Source: Amoebophrya sp. A120
Lineage: Eukaryota; Protista; Dinoflagellata
Direction: 5' to 3'
Assembly: GCA_905178155.1 (NCBI GenBank)
Contig: CAJINV010000013.1
Coordinates: 2,112,281-2,176,280 of the forward strand
Length of the DNA: 64,000 nt
In this document: piece after piece, positions 58,405 through 64,000 of the stretch
How positions within the stretch are numbered: position 1 is the first letter of the stretch
How the letters are laid out: every line of letters starts with the position of its first letter
Notes under the pieces: generated by a model
Databases searched by the model: none
What the model saw: only the letters and a program-made list of their open reading frames with translations
What the model was told of the DNA's origin: nothing
Position numbers and translations under genes: made by a program

Positions 58405-61400
58405 CTACATTACCGACCTGGATCTCCTGGATCTTTTCGGTGGTATCCCGCCGTGTATTCCGCCGTTGGAGCTTAAAATGTTGTGCGCTGCCTGTTGCAG
58501 CTGCGAAAACTGCTGGTCCGCCCGGGTCAGCAACCGAGGGGGTCGACTTCGGTTCGCGGCGGACGGGTCGAACTCCGGTACCAGGCCGCCCCCCTGCTGC
58601 GCGCCGCCTCGTCTTTCCGGCGAGTCTGTGAAAAAATCGTCCCGGAGCAACTTGTATCAACTGTAAAAATGTCTGGGTCTGGAAGAATTCATGTTTGTCA
58701 TGCTTGTCTGGCATGACTCTTAAATCTGTCATGCACGTTACCCAAGAGCTCCGCTTTTCTGTGATGCAGAAGCGCAGTTTGTCATGCAGAATAGGCAACA
58801 CCGAGGAGCTCAGAAACTTATCCATGCTGAGCCAGCATTTGTAGCCTCATCATGAGACGCCACCCAGCATCACAAGTTTCCAGACCCAGACACTTTTACA
58901 TTTGATAACTTGCACTCGGCGTTAGTGAGCAAAGGTTTGGGCATCGGCGCAAACGCCCGCTTCTCGGCTGGGTGCGTGCTGTCGATCGCGTCCTTGAGCA
59001 AATGCAGTTGCATCCGCATATGCATTGCAAATATGTCTGGGTCTGGATGGATTCAACTTTGTGATGCGAGTTCTACATCATGACAAAATCTGTCATGCAT
59101 GGTCAGCAAAAGGCCCCATTTCCTATTACAGAAAGGGGGCATTTCTCATGCGGATTAGGCATTGGGGTACCTGCTCGGAATCTGTGATGCTAGGGCTTGC
59201 ATGCCAGACGATCTGAGCTAGGCAAAAACTGCATCACAAATGTCTGCACTCTTCCAGACCCAGACATATTTGCATTTGATACCGCACGTCCTGCAGCGAT
59301 TTCGTTTTCGCGTTGATCTTCAAATACTTCGCCTGCGACCGGTTGGACACCCCAGTGCCGCTGAAAATCCGGTGCTCCAATAGCTTGGAGAAGGAGGAGG
59401 TCGACATGTGCCCCAAAATCGAGCTCGTATCTTCGGAATTCTTGTCTTGCTGAAATTGGTCTTGCGAAGCGGAGGACATCAAGGGTGGCGGAGAAGATGC
59501 CGTCGCGCCGCCCCCTGCTACTTCCGTTTTTGCCTTCTCGTCCATATTGGAAGAAGACTGCTGCTTCTCCACCACCAAACTCTCCTCTTTCCCCACTACC
59601 AGCGCGGTCAAACTGTCTTGCCGGTCTAGTTCGACCGGGGACTGCGCTCCGGCCGTCGCGGAGGAGCCGGAGGGGAGCTTGTCTTGCTGGGTCAGAAATA
59701 CCTTGTCTGGAACCAGGATTGGAGATTGTTTGTTAGCGGGGTTGTTGATGTCTTCTACCGTAGAGGAATTCACGGTTTGTTCCCGCTCTAGTTTGCTGCT
59801 CGATCGGGAAGCTTGCTTCTTCGCGCTGGTGCTCATCACATTGTCCATTATTTGCTTGTACGGCGAATTTTCCTTGTCCATGTTCATTTCGTCTTTTAAC
59901 CTCCGTGCCTGCCGCATGAAGTAAAGCGTTTTGGCCAGCGTGTGTGGCGGCGGCCAGATGGAGACGCCAAACTCCGTCGAGGTCGTCGGGACTGAATTGG
60001 AAGTAGAGGAGCTGAAAAATTGGCCACTGGAGCTCTGCACCGTGGAGGAGAGCGACATGTTCTGCTGCGGCTGCTGCTGAAACTGCGCGTAGCACTCCCC
60101 GGCCGTGGACCAAATTTTGCACACTTTCATCACGTCGATGGAAATCAGCGCCGGCGGGTTGTTCACGGATTCTAAGGATACAATCTCGTGGTTGTGCGCC
60201 TGCCAGGAAAACAGCTCGGAGGTCGGGTACTGCTGGGACAATTCAAAAGGCGAGTACCGTTTGTACTGGTTCTGCTGGTTCTGTTCGTCCTCATCCTCCT
60301 CCTCCTCCTTCTCTTTTTCCTGTTTCGCCAACACCGCGGCGCGCACGGACTCCGCGTGCTCGGTGCGCTGGTCTGGCACCGCGTCGATGAAGCTGGCCGG
60401 GTCGGCGCGCCGGTATTCCGTTTCGTAGTCGTCCTTTTTTCTCACGCTTTTCAGCATGTCCAGGCAGTGGATCGCGCCGTTCTTGTCGAACAAATAGCAC
60501 AAGGTGTCGCTGGACGGGTAATCCTTCAGGTCAATGGTCGGCTCAAAAGCCGGGTCGTTAAGAAACGCGCTTTCCTTCTATCAGAATGAAAAATCCCCCC
60601 TCCCAATATCAAGACGAAATGTCTGATGCTGAATTTGGATACACAAATCAAGCTTGTGCTGCATTAGAGGAATACGCGCAGATCCTGAGCCTAGGCGGGA
60701 GCCTTTTGGTGTAGGCGCCTAGTATGGTAGACGGCTACCCTGTAGCCCTTCAGGCATTACAAATCGCCTGCATAACGTGGCGGACAGCCTGAGAGTGCCT
60801 TCTTGCAAGACAGACCCGATTTGCGGCGACAAATCTGCATCACAAATTTTCAGAAGGATGCGTCTTCAATATGGGGAGGGGAGATTTTTCCTTGCAATAC
60901 CTTCTCGTTTTCGGAAAACGCGTTGTCCTCAGACTCGGCGTATCCCCTGCAAATATGTCTGGGTCTGAAAACCTGTGATGCCGATTTGCTGCTGATTGCA
61001 ACGCTTGCCATGGCAGCCAAGCATGACAAGTTTTTGAAACGCTTTCTGATGTCTAGAACGCATTACAAATTGCGTTTTTGCATGACAAAGGAAGCTCTTC
61101 TGCTGCTCACGCAACACAGATTTTCCAGGAATGCAAGACACGCATGACAAGTTCCACTTTTCCAGACCCAGACATATTTGCATTCCATATGGTGGAAGAG
61201 GGCTGGTTGTTGCTATGTCCGTTATTGGTCATTCCCCCAGCTGCACCCACCACATCCGCGGATCCCGCACCGCTTTGGCCGCCGGAGGTATCGTTATTTC
61301 CGCTGTTTTCACCATTGTTTTTCCCGTTGATTTTGACGCCCTTCCGCAAAAACGCGTCCTCCAGTACTTCGGGCGTCAAGCAGTGCTCGGGCAGGGGAAC

Positions 61401-63983
61401 GGAGGAGATGGTCATGTGGTTGAGACTATGCATTGCAAATATGTTGTCTGGGTCTGGAAGGTTGCAACTTGTGTTGCTGTCTTTGGATTCTAAAAAATTT
61501 GTATTGCATCAGCACCAAGGGGAGTAGATCCATGTGCTCCGCGGAGATGGAATGTGTCATATGGAATAGGCATGAGCCAGCGCTCTACAAATCTGTGATG
61601 CTAGACCATGCATTACAGGCATCATGGATCATGCAAAATACGCATGGCAAATCTTGCAATCTCCCAGACCCAGACATTTTTACATTTGATAGAGACACGC
61701 CGCGCCGTTCACCTTCGACATCCAATCGTCTTCGAACTGCGCCTTCAGCGTGACCGCCTCGATTTTCTGACTCGCGCGGTTCCGCTTGACCAGAAAGACC
61801 CGGCAGGTGGTCAGTTCCTGCTTCTCCAATTTGAAGTTCTGCTGTACTTGCCCAGGTCGGAGGTTCGAGCTGAGGGAGTTGTTCGTCGGAGAGAGTTGCG
61901 GACTTTCGAGGGTGTTCAAATCCTCATCCTCCTCAATATCGAAGTCTGAGTCGAACCCTAACTCCCGAAGAGCCTCCCGGTGGCTTTTCTTCTTCGGCTT
62001 GTTCAGCGAAAGCTGCTCCGGCACGACCATGAGATTGCTACTGTGGGTGTTAGCACCTCCGGTGTTTGTGCCGTTCAGCTTTTGATTCGTTCTTGGGCTC
62101 TGGTTTGTCGGACTCACGGCCGCACTGGGGGCGACGGAAGATTTGCGACTCCGGCTGATGTAGTTATTCCACGAGATTTTGAAATAACAAGCGAAGGTCG
62201 CAGTTGAGTGTCACATTTTCCAAACTCCTCATTGCGCGGAAACATCATCAAGAATCAATCAAGCATCACGATTTTTCCAACCCCTCACCAAGAGCATTCA
62301 TACCTCGCCGAGCTCGCAGGTATTTCCACGGCGACTTTTCTCCACACCGTTTTCCTGGCGCAGGTCAGCACGAAGAAGAACTGGAACAGGGAGTTGAACG
62401 TGTTTACCTGCGCTACGCCATTGTCCTTCGCATCCGCTCCGTTCTCCTTGGAGTCCTCGTCTACCTTGACATTTACCACCGCGGCCTTCCGCAGACTGAC
62501 CTCGTAGCTCCGTTCTTGCTCTTGCTCCGCGAGTAACTTTTTTTTCGCGATCCGCTCCGCGCGCCGGTACTTTTTGTCTTCGAAAACCCGTCTCTCCGCG
62601 TCTTGCAGGACGAACTGCGTGGCTTCGAACACTTTGACGAACAATCCAGCTTCGTCCGAGTAGAACTCGCCGAGTTTGAGGAAAGTGGGCAATTCAAACA
62701 GTTGTATCAACCCATTTATGCATTGCAAATATTTCTGGGTCCTCTGGACAAGTGCCAGGTTTGTCATGCATATTTCCCACCAGCCATGATGTCTGTGTTG
62801 CATGCCCTAGCGTCACAGATTCTGCGAGGTGGGCTTTCTAATGCTCATACCGCATGAGACATGCCCTTTCCGCGTAGCAAAAACTGGATCTCTTTTACTG
62901 TTCGTGCAAGCCAGATTTTATGTAGAGTCCGAAGGTCGCATGACAAGTTGCATCCTTCCAGGCCCAGACATAGTTGCATTGGATACCATTCTCGTGGTAG
63001 CAAGTCAGCATGTCTTCGGACAGGTGAAGTCCTAGAATTTTCGCGGGTTTCTTCGACGCATCCCCACCGGTTGTAGTACCCCCTTTATTGCCTCCTGCGC
63101 TGTTGAACCCGCCCGTGGACGACGACCCGTAACTGTTGTGAAAATGCGAGGGGGAGCCGGAACCCGAGGCCGGGGTGGCAGACCCGGATTTTTGCAATAG
63201 TTGTCGTGCGATCATCGCCGGATCTGTCCCGATTTCGGGCAGGGTTCCGTAGGGTTTGTTCAACAAATTTCGCATGTCCACGGCCTTGGTCTTGTTGCCC
63301 GTTGTAGTTCCTGACATGGACGAGTGCGAGGTCCCCTGGCTCCCGGCGGAAACTAACGATCTTCGTTCTTGCTCGCTGTTGTTTTTCAAAATACTCGTCC
63401 TTCCGGCTTCTTGGCTTATTCCTGATGTTCTACTCGCGCCGGCCACGACCGCATTTTTGCTACTTCCCCTCTTTGACGATGATCTGGAACCACTTCGCCG
63501 GGGTCCAGATTCTCGTCGGTCCCCTCGCGGACTTCTGCTCTTGTCGTCCGGATTGGTGACTATTTTCTGGTACGGAATCGCGTAGTCCAAGTCTAAACTC
63601 GTCAAGTCGAAGACGAACAGAGTCCCCTCCTTCGAGCCGACGAGCAGTTTATCCCCGGGCCTCGGCTTACCGACGGTTTTTGTCCCGACTCCCCCTTCCT
63701 TCGTGTCGAAAAAGCCGCACGCCTCGTCCTTGGAGTTCGCGGCGGGTTTCTTCTTGTTTATCCCGGCGAGTAAACCGGATGCCTCCGCGGCGATGGTTTC
63801 CTGTAAAGTGAGGTGCGCCGCGTCTTCGGATTCCAACCGTTTTCGCACTGCGATTTGCAGCGACGTGATGCCGGTACAGAGCCCGTCGGCCAGATTGATC
63901 CTTGTGTTGGAGGCCGCTGTTGCAACTTGTGTTGTCGTCGAAGAAGTGGCCTTACTACTGTCGTGATTATTCCTCGGTGACAT
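58405..63983 (-). CDS. WD40-like repeat protein, 3' part; 5' end probably outside the window
   Basis: LLVGSKEGTLFVFDL and SWQAHNHEIVSL..ISIDVMKVCKIWS; in-frame joins HENG|LIQL, AACL|NHMT, PSS|xxSEDN, NEK|ESAF, QDVR|MQLH, AECK|LLRD, plus a GT-AG intron at ~62156-62303. Confidence 0.7.
58655..58907. mobile_element. IR introner family C
   Basis: TATCAACTGTAAAA..TCTGGGTCTGGAA TIR; perfect TSD ACTTG. Confidence 0.9.
59019..59281. mobile_element. IR introner family C
   Basis: TGCAAATATGTCTGGGTCTGGA TIR; perfect TSD CCGCA; best pair GT-CG. Confidence 0.92.
60579..60899. mobile_element. IR introner that can be spliced as GT-AG
   Basis: AAAAATC(C/T)CCCCTCCC TIR; perfect TSD CCTTC (GAAGG on the sense strand). 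Confidence 0.9.
60941..61189. mobile_element. IR introner family C
   Basis: Family C TIR; TSD CGGCG/TGGTG; frame restored. Confidence 0.85.
61427..61691. mobile_element. IR introner family C
   Basis: Family C TIR; perfect TSD GAGAC. Confidence 0.92.
62717..62985. mobile_element. IR introner family C
   Basis: Family C TIR; perfect TSD CCATT; best pair GT-TG. Confidence 0.9.
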
Positions 63984-64000
63984 GGAACCCCTTCTAGAAG

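Overview
Eukaryotic, gene-dense window, most likely from a dinoflagellate-lineage protist. A Syndiniales/Amoebophrya-like origin is inferred from EFL instead of EF-1alpha, nearly all host genes on one strand, and abundant inverted-repeat non-canonical introns. Recognisable genes, all on the minus strand: a HAD-IIB hydrolase, an LRR protein, the gamete fusogen HAP2/GCS1, a membrane protein with a probable jacalin domain, VKOR, two tandem EFL genes, a WD40-like protein and several Q-rich proteins. The dominant hidden structure is a set of about 23 short (150-690 bp) elements with TAT...ATA terminal inverted repeats, mostly flanked by 5-bp target duplications. Removing element plus one duplicate restores the host reading frame in all 20 cases I translated by hand, and GT-AG is achievable in only one of the junctions I tested. 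One family occurs in both orientations relative to transcription, and unrelated families share an internal GCAT(G/C)AC motif. Larger mobile elements: a 1.07-kb foldback insertion with a 28-bp duplication inside a coding region; a 2.9-kb tyrosine-recombinase cassette between exact 38-bp direct repeats that also carries a basic MKK-repeat protein; and a 4.5-kb TIR element with a 6-bp TSD and a hierarchical palindrome array. All coordinates and splice models were derived by eye, without tools.
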